This document shows positions 7,381 to 16,709 of a DNA stretch of 64,000 bases, one piece after another. Position 1 is the first letter of the stretch, and each line of letters starts with the position of its first letter. The stretch is taken from NCBI GenBank assembly GCA_007376405.1, contig VMGD01000002.1, positions 8,159-72,158 on the forward strand. Direction: 5' to 3'. The notes under the pieces were generated by a model. That model had not been told where the DNA came from. It saw only the letters and a list, made by a program, of their open reading frames with translations, and searched no databases. The stretch comes from Microgenomates group bacterium Gr01-1014_7. Lineage in GTDB: Bacteria > Patescibacteriota > Microgenomatia > Daviesbacterales > UBA10151. The position numbers and the translations under genes were made by a program.

Positions 7381-8015
7381 AATCCAAGCAGGCCGGAAAA
7401 TAGCCTTACAAAAAAGCTTAAGATCGTTTGCAGAAGAGAGCTTGAGCCAAAAGGAATTATCAGTAAAAGCATCAGAATTAAGAATCCATATGGTTCAATT
7501 CTCTGGTAGCTTTTAGCCATATTAAGGGGAAGTTGAGAAAGCAGTATTTTTGATCCGTCCAGGGGAGGAATGGGAAATAAATTAAATACTCCCAGAACCA
7601 GGTTAATTACCATGGTATAGCGCAAAAGGCTGCCTACTAATGCAGGAAAAACAAAAGGTATGGCATCAAGGAGATGATAAAGCAAGGCTGCAGCAATGGC
7701 CAGAGTGAAATTAGCCAGAATTCCGGCTGCAGAAACAAACAGTTCTCCCTTTCTGATTCTGGAAAAATTTAGCGGATTAACAGGCACCGGCTTGGCCCAG
7801 CCAAAAAGAATGGGGGAGCCGGTTAAAATTAACAGGCCCGGAAGTAAGATTGTGCCAAAAAGATCTATGTGAGGAATGGGGTTTAAGGTTAATCTGCCTG
7901 CATTTGCGGCGGTTCTGTCCCCAAATTTTAAGGCCACCAGCCCATGCATGACTTCATGGACTATGACTGAGAATAAAAGTATAACAATAGATAAGGCTAG
8001 AAATTCAGGGTTCAT
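7377..8015 (-). CDS. Peptidase M50 (site-2 protease family) membrane metalloprotease
   Basis: The motif HEVMHGLVA (HExxH) sits in TM helix 1. The protein has a multi-TM hydrophobic profile and a C-terminal LDG motif. Confidence 0.7.
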   Translation of the reverse strand: MNPEFLALSIVILLFSVIVHEVMHGLVALKFGDRTAANAGRLTLNPIPHIDLFGTILLPGLLILTGSPILFGWAKPVPVNPLNFSRIRKGELFVSAAGILANFTLAIAAALLYHLLDAIPFVFPALVGSLLRYTMVINLVLGVFNLFPIPPLDGSKILLSQLPLNMAKSYQRIEPYGFLILMLLLIIPFGSSSLLQTILSFFVRLFSGLLGF

Positions 8016-8033
8016 TATGTTATATTATCACAT

Positions 8034-8270
8034 ATGTTAGTTTGCAGTCGATGTGGTAAAGGTAAAAATATAATCGCCTATTCAAGGCACAAAAAGGGTT
8101 CCTCCGGTGCCGGAGGAGTATGGGCTTTGCGTGCCCCAATTCACAAAAGAGTCCAGCTTCCGAATCTGCATGCTTATATGGGCAAAAAATACTGCACCAA
8201 ATGTTTAAGGCTGGTAAAAACCCCTTTTCAAAAAGCTAAAGTAGAAGAGCGACCTCAAGCTCAAGTTTAA
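8034..8270 (+). CDS. rpmB: Ribosomal protein bL28-like zinc-ribbon protein
   Basis: The pattern CSRCGK...SRH...KRVQLPNLH resembles bL28 (C..GK..GN.SH..KR.FLPNL). Cys pairs lie at both ends, and there is an insertion relative to E. coli bL28. Confidence 0.45.
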   Translation: MLVCSRCGKGKNIIAYSRHKKGSSGAGGVWALRAPIHKRVQLPNLHAYMGKKYCTKCLRLVKTPFQKAKVEERPQAQV

Positions 8271-8282
8271 TTTGAAAAGATC

Positions 8283-10157
8283 ATGGCATCTTTAGAAATT
8301 TTAACAGCAGAACTCGAAGCACATTCCAGGGGTGGAGTCAACCCAAATCTTACTGTAGGAGCTCGTAACCGTTCACAAAGAAGAAGCATAAAAGACCCGT
8401 TTGCTCGGGAAGCAGAGTCCTGGCTTGCCAGGGGAAACTCACTTGCTGTTGTACTAAATCGAACTCGAAAGCTATTATATGAGAGTGTAATTTTCTTTGA
8501 GCGAGATATCACAAGAATGATTTATCAAGGCAGTCCATTTATAGGGGAATATTTAAGTGCAATACGCAGGCTTCCTGATTTTTTGGCAGAAGCTTCAATG
8601 GCTAATTTGCGCCTAAACTTTACAACTCCTGAAAGTCTGGCCTCAATTGAAACTCAAAACCTGTTTGAAAGATCGGTTGGTGGAATAACTCTTCTTGATA
8701 TTGAAAGGATGCAACTGCCACTTTCATCGGCAGATATAAGCGGAATTAATAGAATATTTTATCCGAGATTAATTGATAGAGTGATCCCTCATAAACTTAA
8801 TCCTTTTAAGGAGGCAGTTGATCATGGCTTGATTCGCCAAGCTGCCATTTTACTTGCTACCCAAAAAATGGCAAGACTTAATGAAAAAGTTAATATCCCT
8901 TCTAATGTACAATCGCTTTATTCCCGCCTGAGCGCTTATTTTGATTATTATACTCACCTGATGACAGATTTTTCTATGGATCAAGTAGAAGATTCAAATT
9001 TTTGTAATATTTTGCTTTGGGGAAGACCGGGACTGCCTCAGTTTTTAGGTTGCTATATCCCGGGACGTTTAGGGATAACCCCTGCCTCAGCCATAAAGCT
9101 TTTTTATGAAAGAGCTCAGAATTCTTACTTGCCTTTTCTTTATTGGGGATCTGATAGAGCTTTAAGAACTCCAATAGGAATTCTTACAAAAGGTGCAAGG
9201 GATGCTTATCCTGGGAACGGATTGCCTGCTGATTTGCAAAAATATTCACACTTCGATCCTCAAATGGACAAAAGTGCTTCTGAGTGGTTGCTTAAATTTT
9301 ATCAAGGGATTGCAAATGAAACGGCAGAAGAAACAGACAGAAAGTTTTTAGGATTAAGAGAGACTATTTTCCAGGATATCCAAAGCGCTCCATCAAAAAG
9401 ACAGGAGGTTACTTTACCGCAAGAGCATACCATAAGAAGGATTGTCTTAGCAAGACAATATCGCCAAACTTTAATGATAATTTTGCAATTTGCAGATAAC
9501 CAAACTCATCTGACTTTAGAACATGCCATGAATTCACCGGATGGTATTGATAAAGAAGATCATGTTTATGGATGGCCGAGAGAGTTGATCAGAGAAAACC
9601 CTCAACTTACCAGTGTAATAGCTACGGATTTATTAGCCAAAATTGTTCAAGATACTTTAAGAAGGCATCCGGAGCAAGAAGTTAAACCCCGCAGGGTTTT
9701 TCCCGGCGAAGCTACTCTTCCTTATTACATACCAAGTTTTCCCCAAGAGTCGGAGGAGATTCGTTTGCCTGTGCTAACAGGGAAAGGAAGACGACACTTT
9801 CCTAAAATATTAACTCCAATTCAACAAGTCCTTGCAGGAGAACCTAATCCACCAGCCCAAAGAGAAAGATTATTAAGAAAGTTTAGGGTAGATTATTCAA
9901 GGACTCAGATTGAGGAGTTTTTACCCAGGAATGCCCCTCAGAATACAATTGATCAACTTATGAAAGCAATTAGGTCGTTTGAATATGGGAGAGGAAACTT
10001 TAAAAGATTCAAAGAAGATCGTACGGAGGGAGAAAGTTTGTGGGAACTTCGAACAGGAGACTATAGACTTCTTTTAAAACATAAAGAGGGTCAGATTTTT
10101 TCTCTAGAGAAAGTAGGTCATAGAAGGGAAATATTTAGTCAACGGAGGAGAGGCTAA
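8283..10157 (+). CDS. Large hypothetical protein with a C-terminal RelE/ParE-like toxin fold
   Basis: The C-terminal ~90 aa, ...GESLWELRTGDYRLLLKHKEGQIFSLEKVGHRREIF, match the RelE/ParE signature (LWELR.GdYRiiY...il.IgHRkdiY). The N-terminal ~530 aa have no recognizable family. Confidence 0.5.
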   Translation: MASLEILTAELEAHSRGGVNPNLTVGARNRSQRRSIKDPFAREAESWLARGNSLAVVLNRTRKLLYESVIFFERDITRMIYQGSPFIGEYLSAIRRLPDFLAEASMANLRLNFTTPESLASIETQNLFERSVGGITLLDIERMQLPLSSADISGINRIFYPRLIDRVIPHKLNPFKEAVDHGLIRQAAILLATQKMARLNEKVNIPSNVQSLYSRLSAYFDYYTHLMTDFSMDQVEDSNFCNILLWGRPGLPQFLGCYIPGRLGITPASAIKLFYERAQNSYLPFLYWGSDRALRTPIGILTKGARDAYPGNGLPADLQKYSHFDPQMDKSASEWLLKFYQGIANETAEETDRKFLGLRETIFQDIQSAPSKRQEVTLPQEHTIRRIVLARQYRQTLMIILQFADNQTHLTLEHAMNSPDGIDKEDHVYGWPRELIRENPQLTSVIATDLLAKIVQDTLRRHPEQEVKPRRVFPGEATLPYYIPSFPQESEEIRLPVLTGKGRRHFPKILTPIQQVLAGEPNPPAQRERLLRKFRVDYSRTQIEEFLPRNAPQNTIDQLMKAIRSFEYGRGNFKRFKEDRTEGESLWELRTGDYRLLLKHKEGQIFSLEKVGHRREIFSQRRRG

Positions 10158-10178
10158 TTATATAAAAATTTGGGAAAA

Positions 10179-10568
10179 TCAGGGTTTAAATCTTTTAATT
10201 TCTTTAATTTTATCCAAGCCTTTATCAAAAGAATAAATAGCTTCAAGCTTTTCCGATTCGCAATATGCTGCTAAATATGCGTCAATAAAGTCAATATTAA
10301 AATTCCGGTAAAAATATAATGTTCTAATAAATAAACTTTTATTTGAGTAAATAGAATTTAGATTTAAGAGATTGTAAATTTTTTCTATTATGTCTTCCCT
10401 GTTGAATTTATAAAAAGATATTAGAACCCAAACTACCTCGGCAATTATCATATCTGATAGGTATAAATTCTCTTCTGAATTTTCTAAAATTGATTTAGCT
10501 TTCTGAAATTGTTTTACATCATCCTTAAGTAAAAAACGCAGTATTAGATTAGCATCAAGAAGTTTCAT
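10179..10568 (-). CDS. vapC: PIN-domain toxin VapC
   Basis: It begins MKLLDANLIL and has a C-terminal FDKG motif. It overlaps the upstream antitoxin by 4 nt. Confidence 0.7.
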   Translation of the reverse strand: MKLLDANLILRFLLKDDVKQFQKAKSILENSEENLYLSDMIIAEVVWVLISFYKFNREDIIEKIYNLLNLNSIYSNKSLFIRTLYFYRNFNIDFIDAYLAAYCESEKLEAIYSFDKGLDKIKEIKRFKP

Positions 10569-10849
10569 TTAAAATTGGGTCTATATTTTTTAGGTAAGGT
10601 TTTAATATATTCGTCTGCTAACATTTTGCCAACTGCTTCAAAAGCTTTTTTCCTATCCCATTTAATATTAGTTTTTAAAGAGCCGGCTAATTCATTTATC
10701 AGCTGACTATTAGTTTTAATTACCAATTGACCATTTATATCTTCAAAAATAATTTTATCACCTGGCTTAATTCCAAATTTTTCTCTCATTTGGTTGGGAA
10801 TAGTGGCCTGACCTTTAGTAGTAACAGTGGAGCTGTACGTATTAAACAT
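10565..10849 (-). CDS. AbrB/MazE/SpoVT-type antitoxin
   Basis: It has a swapped-hairpin motif, GQATIPNQMREKFGIKPGDKI. It is the first gene of an operon with the PIN gene, and a TTGACA-17-TATAGT promoter lies upstream on the minus strand. Confidence 0.65.
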   Translation of the reverse strand: MFNTYSSTVTTKGQATIPNQMREKFGIKPGDKIIFEDINGQLVIKTNSQLINELAGSLKTNIKWDRKKAFEAVGKMLADEYIKTLPKKYRPNFK

Positions 10850-10949
10850 AGTATTACTACTATACCATAAGTATTACTTTTTGTCAAGGGTAATACAGGG
10901 CAAAAATTTGACATTTGCCTTTTTTTTTTGCTATAAATGAAGAGAAATT

Positions 10950-11198
10950 TTGGGAGGTGACATTAAGTTTATGGGGGAAAAAGATAAGAAATATTATCCG
11001 AGTGAACCTTATACTGGTTTAAAGCAAAAGGCAATCAGAGATACGTATAGAGATTTATCACCGGACGAAAAAGTACTGGTGGATAGGTTACTTTATAGAG
11101 TGTTGGACTTACATATAAGAAACATGGGGATTGTGTCCGCGCTTGAGATTGTTGGGTCGATTGCTATTACGCTGGTAGAAAATCCTCAGTTAAAGTAA
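10950..11198 (+). CDS. Hypothetical small protein
   Basis: ORF only; no recognizable motifs. Confidence 0.3.
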   Translation: MGGDIKFMGEKDKKYYPSEPYTGLKQKAIRDTYRDLSPDEKVLVDRLLYRVLDLHIRNMGIVSALEIVGSIAITLVENPQLK

Positions 11199-12062
11199 GT
11201 TTGGAAAATCGGGGTAGCCGTTCCGGAAATCTTTTAAGGGGATTGGTTTTTTTCCTTCCATTTGTATCAATCCACCCGGCAGGAACTTGACTATCTTACC
11301 TTCCCACTTAGTCCATGCTCCTGGCCAGGGATAGTAAGCTCGAATTATTCTATCCAGAGTTTCAGAGTCAGGAGGCTTTTCAATATCAAAATACCCATCT
11401 TCTTTTTTCATCATCTTACAGTAGGTTGCCTTTTCATGGTCTTGTTCCATAAGTTTTATCTTTCCTGATACAAAATCAGGGATAATATCAATTAAAATCT
11501 CTGCTCCAAGTCGAAACAATTTATTGATCAATTCTAGAAGTGTCTCTTGTCCTGATAAGCTAATCTCTTTCATAATAACAACGGGTCCGTGATCCATTTT
11601 TTCATCCATTTTAATAATGGTCACCCCTGTTTGTTTATCTTCGTTTAAAATGGTAGCAGGTACAGGTGAAGCCCCCCTGTATTTTGGTAAAAGTGATGGA
11701 TGGACATTTAATGACCCAAACTCTGGAAGGTCAAGCAAGACTCGAGGCAGAATTTGTCCATAAGAAGCCACAACAAACAAATCACACCGGGAATTTTCAT
11801 CTAGTTTATCCGGGGTTAGTACTGGGACACCCAGTTTTTGGGCTTCTATCTGGATGGCAGAATCTGGGGCAGTTACTACTGATACTACCTCAAAATTTTG
11901 CTCCAGAGCCTGCAAGATTGGAATTACGAAACTATCAGATCCAAAGAATATGATTGTAATTTTCTTAAGTTTAATTTTACCTAAATACTTTCTGACCTGC
12001 CCTTCGTCAATTGGAATAATATCTAAAATGGGAATAATTTGTGGATATTGTAATTGTTTCAT
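11190..12062 (-). CDS. fmt: Methionyl-tRNA formyltransferase
   Basis: The N-terminal formyltransferase domain carries SLNVHPSLLPKYRGASP. It sits upstream of def in a conserved fmt-def arrangement. Confidence 0.9.
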   Translation of the reverse strand: MKQLQYPQIIPILDIIPIDEGQVRKYLGKIKLKKITIIFFGSDSFVIPILQALEQNFEVVSVVTAPDSAIQIEAQKLGVPVLTPDKLDENSRCDLFVVASYGQILPRVLLDLPEFGSLNVHPSLLPKYRGASPVPATILNEDKQTGVTIIKMDEKMDHGPVVIMKEISLSGQETLLELINKLFRLGAEILIDIIPDFVSGKIKLMEQDHEKATYCKMMKKEDGYFDIEKPPDSETLDRIIRAYYPWPGAWTKWEGKIVKFLPGGLIQMEGKKPIPLKDFRNGYPDFPNLL

Positions 12063-12637
12063 AAAGTCACTTCCTCAAAAATATCTGTGCCGGTTTTATC
12101 TTTTCCTTTAAATTTATAAAACTTGCCCTTTTGCTGCAGGACCCTTTCCGTAAATAATATTCCATCCAAATGATCCACTTCATGCTGGAATATCCAGGCA
12201 GGAATTCCTGTTAGGGTTTTCTTTATAACATTTCCCTTTATATCCTGATAATCAACATTTATAGAGGTATGTCTTCTAACTTGACCCCAAATAGTTGGAA
12301 TGGAAAGACAGCCTTCAAAATAAGATTTTGTGCCTTTTGAGGAGGATAGAATTTTGGGGTTTATAATAGCCACAAACTCTTTATCATACCCTGCCCATCT
12401 TGATTTGCGCTTGGCAGGCTCTGAAGGAGGGATTTTCTTTGCAGTCAGCAGACGGGCCACAAAAAATCTTTCTTCAAGGCCGATTTGGGTTGCTGCCAAA
12501 CCAACACCCTCAGGTTCTTTAAAGGTTTTAGTAAGCTTAATCATATCTTTCAGGGTTTGGTAAAGTCTCGGTTTTATTTTTTTAACCGGTTTGGTTTGTA
12601 TTCGCAAAGCCGGATTAGGTGCGTGAATAATTTGCAT
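12059..12637 (-). CDS. def: Peptide deformylase
   Basis: The motifs GVGLAATQIG, EGCLSIP and HEVDHLDG are present. Confidence 0.9.
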   Translation of the reverse strand: MQIIHAPNPALRIQTKPVKKIKPRLYQTLKDMIKLTKTFKEPEGVGLAATQIGLEERFFVARLLTAKKIPPSEPAKRKSRWAGYDKEFVAIINPKILSSSKGTKSYFEGCLSIPTIWGQVRRHTSINVDYQDIKGNVIKKTLTGIPAWIFQHEVDHLDGILFTERVLQQKGKFYKFKGKDKTGTDIFEEVTL

Positions 12638-12654
12638 AGGGAAATTTTAGCATA

Positions 12655-12933
12655 TTAACCCTTCAGCTGCTTAAGTCTCCACATGAAGACTCGGGCTTTG
12701 TTTTTGGCTCCATAATAACCTTTGGTAAAATTTAGCACTTCTTCCAGGATTTTTCTGTCTACTTCTTTGGCCAGTTTTATATACAGGGAATAATGTTTGG
12801 TATCAGCCAGGCTTTCAGCCAGATACACCCCATATTCCTGAAATTCATAAGCAATATTTTTGGGCCTGTCTTTAAATCTGGTTTCAGCAATAGCTGTTTT
12901 AATTGACTTCATCAAGTTGCGCCTTTGCTTCAA
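12655..12933 (-). CDS. Hypothetical small protein
   Basis: ORF only. Confidence 0.3.
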   Translation of the reverse strand: MKQRRNLMKSIKTAIAETRFKDRPKNIAYEFQEYGVYLAESLADTKHYSLYIKLAKEVDRKILEEVLNFTKGYYGAKNKARVFMWRLKQLKG

Positions 12934-14836
12934 GATAATTTGGTTTTAAGTTTATAGCCTTTTTTAGTTCTAAAACTGCCTCCTCTTTTTTGCCCAAAGA
13001 TTCTAAAATTAAAGCTTTATTGTAATAAAGCTTAGGGTCTGTTGGAGCAAGTCTTATTGCTTTATCTAAGGTCTCCAAAGTTTTGTTAAAATCAGCAAGT
13101 TCAAAATATGTCCTGACAGCAGTTCTCCAAAATGAAACGTTCTTAGGGCTTTGTTTTAAGACAGAATTTGTTTGAATGATTGCCTCGTCTTTTAAAGCAG
13201 CAGATAACGTGGCATCTGAATCCTCCAGGGCTGCAGCCGCAGCTGCAGCAGAGTAGGCCAGCTCGCTTCTATAAAAGGGCTCATTTTTGTTTAACTCTGA
13301 AGCTAAACTCAATAAGTTGTATGCTCTTCCTGGGTTGCCTCCCTCCGATGCCTTTTGCCCTCTGGAAAAAATGGTATCGGCATACCAGAGCTGGAAGATA
13401 GAAAATAGAAGGTAGAAGATAGAAAAAATTACAAAGCCTTTGGCGGCTTTGGTATAAAGAGGACGGCGGTAGAGGAAGGGTATAGGGTATAGGGTATAGG
13501 GTATAGTTGAATTCGTGGCAACAAAAGCAAGAGCGGGAAAGAGGTAGAAAAAGACAGCAATGATAACTACGGAAAAAAGAAAGAAGTTGTAGATTAAATA
13601 GCTAATATAGCTTGCCAGAAGGGTTATAGCTAGTAGATTCCTGGTCCTGAATTTTTTTAGTATAACACTTATAAACGTTATAATTATTATACTAAGAGAG
13701 CCGAGGCCCAGTATTCCCGTCGTAGCCAGATAATTTAGGTACTCATTATGGGCTTTATTATACAAAAAGTCCCATTCGCTGGTTAAATTATGGGAAGCAG
13801 GCCTAAACTGGTAATAAGAGTAAGCAAAAGTTTCCAAACCTGAGCCAAAAAGGGGAAAGTGCTTAAATATATCCAAAGCTCCCTGCCAGACAATAAACCT
13901 GATCTGGCCGGATTCGGTTCCGCCGTTTTCCAGTTGGGTAACGGATGATGGCGGCAGGGCAATTGTTGGTCTGACAGGAGCAGCAAATTTGGAAACCAGC
14001 CTGAAATTAGTTAAGGCTGACCCAAACAGCAAATTGATTAGAAAGAAAGCAGCAAGGATTAAGAATAATGGTTTCTTATACCCATGCCGGGTATGGGTTG
14101 AATTGACATAGACGGATAAAAACACAATCAGTCCTCCAATTAGTCCCAATGTTGGCCCTCTGGAATAAGTGAAGGTGAAAGCCAAGTACATGGTGATAAG
14201 TGATAAGAAATAAGCAATACGTTGATTTTTTGTTATGGCAGTCAGAGAAAAATACAAAGTAGGGAATATTAACATGGCAAGATATGCAGCCATCCAGTTG
14301 GGTTGGCCCAGGGTGGCAAAAACCCGGGCCTGCACATCCTGTACCCAACACGTTGCATTAAATTCTCCGCGCAAAATTACGCAAGATGGGGAAACTCCAA
14401 AGTGTTCCGCTATACCCCAGAGGGAAATAATAACTGCCGAGGTAATACCAAATTTTAAAATAGTTAATACTTTTTCTTTATCCATATTGGAAACAAAAGC
14501 AAAGTATAATAATAGGTAGGAAATAATGGACAGTAAGCCTCCGTTGGACCTTGAATAATAACCCCAGATAGAAGTATGTGGGTCAATGGAAAATACTGTT
14601 GATAAGATGTTTGCACCTAAAAATAAAAGTAGAGGGATATCCAAAGGAGTATGATTAAAGATTAAAGATTTATGATTGATGATTTTTAAGAGCCAGCATC
14701 CCATTATGATCACTGTAAATCCATAAGTTAAAATCATCTTGTTATATTCAAAAAGCTCGTAATTTAGGGAGGTCCAAAAAAGCGGAACTAATGCAAAAAG
14801 TGCGTAGAAAGAGTAAGTAATAACTTTATCAAGCAT
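12899..14836 (-). CDS. O-antigen ligase/Wzy-like polytopic membrane protein with C-terminal TPR repeats
   Basis: It has more than 10 TM helices with a Wzy_C-like central region. A C-terminal TPR carries LGKKEEAVLELKKAINLKPNYLEA. Confidence 0.65.
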   Translation of the reverse strand: MLDKVITYSFYALFALVPLFWTSLNYELFEYNKMILTYGFTVIIMGCWLLKIINHKSLIFNHTPLDIPLLLFLGANILSTVFSIDPHTSIWGYYSRSNGGLLSIISYLLLYFAFVSNMDKEKVLTILKFGITSAVIISLWGIAEHFGVSPSCVILRGEFNATCWVQDVQARVFATLGQPNWMAAYLAMLIFPTLYFSLTAITKNQRIAYFLSLITMYLAFTFTYSRGPTLGLIGGLIVFLSVYVNSTHTRHGYKKPLFLILAAFFLINLLFGSALTNFRLVSKFAAPVRPTIALPPSSVTQLENGGTESGQIRFIVWQGALDIFKHFPLFGSGLETFAYSYYQFRPASHNLTSEWDFLYNKAHNEYLNYLATTGILGLGSLSIIIITFISVILKKFRTRNLLAITLLASYISYLIYNFFLFSVVIIAVFFYLFPALAFVATNSTIPYTLYPIPFLYRRPLYTKAAKGFVIFSIFYLLFSIFQLWYADTIFSRGQKASEGGNPGRAYNLLSLASELNKNEPFYRSELAYSAAAAAAALEDSDATLSAALKDEAIIQTNSVLKQSPKNVSFWRTAVRTYFELADFNKTLETLDKAIRLAPTDPKLYYNKALILESLGKKEEAVLELKKAINLKPNYLEAKAQLDEVN

Positions 14837-14935
14837 ATTTTAGTGTATAGCGACTAGGGTATAGGGTTTAGATAAAAAAATCAACTATACCCTAACCCCT
14901 AGACCCTAAACCCTGCCGTATGTTAAACTCGCTTC

Positions 14936-16000
14936 ATGTTGAATAAGCTTTGGAGTTATTTTGCCCATGATGTGGGTATAGATTTGGGTACAGTTAATAC
15001 TCTGGTTTTAGTTAAAGGTAAAGGAATAGTAATCAGAGAACCAACTGTGGTGGCACTTCATAAAAAAACCAGACAAATTCTGGCCATAGGCGGGGAAGCC
15101 AAAAGAATGCTGGGTAGAACTCCCGCGGCAATTGAGGCGGTTAGGCCTCTGCGCGACGGGGTAATTTCCGATTTTGACACCACTGAGGCTATGCTTCGCT
15201 ATTTTATTCACAAAGTTCATGACAGTCCCTCAAAGGGTAGATTTTCTTTGCCCAAAATTCCCAAGCCCAGAGTGGTGGTGGGGATCCCCTCGGGTGTGAC
15301 AGAAGTGGAAAGAAGAGCTGTTCAGGATGCCTGTTTGTCAGCCGGAGCAAGAGAGGCTTTTTTAATTGAAGAACCAATGGCCGCGGCAATTGGGGCAAAA
15401 CTGCCGGTGGAGGAGCCGGAAGGGGTGATGGTGGCGGATATTGGAGGGGGCACCACGGAAATTGCAGTGATTTCCCTGGGAGGTATGGTTTTAAACAGAT
15501 CTTTGCGGGTGGCCGGGGATGAGATGGATGAGGCAATTGTTTCTTATATGCGGGTGAGATACGGTATGCTGATTGGAGAAAGAACTGCCGAGGATGTAAA
15601 AATTGAAATCGGTTCAGCTTACCCTTTGGAAAAACATGATTCGGCCGCCACGGTAATCCGGGGCAGAGATTTGGCCTCCGGTTTGCCAAAATCCATTAAA
15701 GTCACTGCTTCAGAAATAAGGGAGGCCTTAACTCCGATTGTCTCCCAAATTATCTCAAGCATACATGAAGTTTTAGAGGAGACTCCGCCCGAGCTTTTAA
15801 CAGATATAGTGGAGCGGGGGATATATCTGGCAGGAGGTGGAGCGCTTATCAAGGGTTTGGATAAAAGAATTGCCGAAGAAACCAAACTGCCGGTGTATGT
15901 TGCAGATGATCCGTTAACAACGGTAGTTAGAGGCTGCGGTGAAGTATTAGACAATCTGGATTTATTATCAAAGGTAAAAGTGACAGGTGGACTTCGTTAG
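14936..16000 (+). CDS. mreB: Rod shape-determining protein MreB
   Basis: The actin-fold motif GIDLGTVNTLV is present, with DIGGGTTEIAV. Confidence 0.9.
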   Translation: MLNKLWSYFAHDVGIDLGTVNTLVLVKGKGIVIREPTVVALHKKTRQILAIGGEAKRMLGRTPAAIEAVRPLRDGVISDFDTTEAMLRYFIHKVHDSPSKGRFSLPKIPKPRVVVGIPSGVTEVERRAVQDACLSAGAREAFLIEEPMAAAIGAKLPVEEPEGVMVADIGGGTTEIAVISLGGMVLNRSLRVAGDEMDEAIVSYMRVRYGMLIGERTAEDVKIEIGSAYPLEKHDSAATVIRGRDLASGLPKSIKVTASEIREALTPIVSQIISSIHEVLEETPPELLTDIVERGIYLAGGGALIKGLDKRIAEETKLPVYVADDPLTTVVRGCGEVLDNLDLLSKVKVTGGLR

Positions 16001-16047
16001 TTGACAGTACTAAGGCGTATGTTATAATTATGTTATAACACGAGGAG

Positions 16048-16308
16048 GTGAAGTATATGTTACAAAAGGTTCTACAGGTAGGAAATTCTGCTGCTGTGAC
16101 TATTCCGGCACCTTTTTTGAGTGATCTTGGGCTTATGGTTGGAGATCGTGTTGAAGTGAGAGCTACCAAAAGACCCGTTAAGATTGAAATTATTCCTTCG
16201 AAAAAGATTTTAAGAAAAGCTTCGGGTATAACTCCGGAATTTGCCGACTCTGTTGAAGAATTTATTAAAGAATACAGACCTGTCTTAGAGGAGCTTGCCA
16301 GAAGATGA
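16048..16308 (+). CDS. phd: Phd/AbrB-type antitoxin
   Basis: It contains VLQVGNSAAVTIPAPFLSDLGLMVGDRVEV (SpoVT/AbrB). It overlaps the doc gene by 4 nt, and a TTGACA-16-TATAAT promoter lies at 16012-16040. Confidence 0.6.
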   Translation: MKYMLQKVLQVGNSAAVTIPAPFLSDLGLMVGDRVEVRATKRPVKIEIIPSKKILRKASGITPEFADSVEEFIKEYRPVLEELARR

Positions 16309-16700
16309 AAAGAGTAAAATACCTGACTCCGGAACAGGCAATTTTTTATCAGCAAAAAATTATTAAGGAAACAGGTGGAAGTTTGGGCTTAAGAGATTTG
16401 GGACTTCTGGAATCAGCTATTAATCGCCCAAAGGCTACATTTGACAGAAAAGATTTATACCCCAAGATATTAGATAAAGCAGCTGCTCTTTTCCACTCAA
16501 TGATTTTAAACCATCCGTTTCTTGACGGAAATAAACGGACAGCGTTAGCTATTTTATATGAATTTTTAAAACAAAATGGCTATAAACTTAAAGCCACCGA
16601 AAAAGAATTGATAGAATTTCCACTGAAAATAGAGAGAAAGGATATGGATATGGAAGAAATTGCCAAATGGTTAAAGGGACATGTTAAAAAGTTAAGGTAG
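16305..16700 (+). CDS. doc: Doc (death-on-curing) toxin, Fic family
   Basis: The Doc-type Fic motif HPFLDGNKRTA is present. Confidence 0.8.
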   Translation: MKRVKYLTPEQAIFYQQKIIKETGGSLGLRDLGLLESAINRPKATFDRKDLYPKILDKAAALFHSMILNHPFLDGNKRTALAILYEFLKQNGYKLKATEKELIEFPLKIERKDMDMEEIAKWLKGHVKKLR

Positions 16701-16709
16701 TGTGGTAAA

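Noticed and set aside
13478-13506. A possible CRISPR array suggested by the short direct repeats (GGGTATA x4) and the GGGTATAGGG copies near 14855-14914.
   Set aside because: The repeat units are only 7 nt, contiguous and without spacers. They lie inside a CDS or a promoter palindrome, and no cas genes are present. This is not a CRISPR array.
15204-16355. Long antisense ORFs (15204..15689, 15619..15954, 15927..16355) opposite mreB and the phd-doc genes, some Pro-rich.
   Set aside because: They sit opposite strongly supported genes. Their composition is the mirror of the sense-strand codon bias, and they have no motifs.
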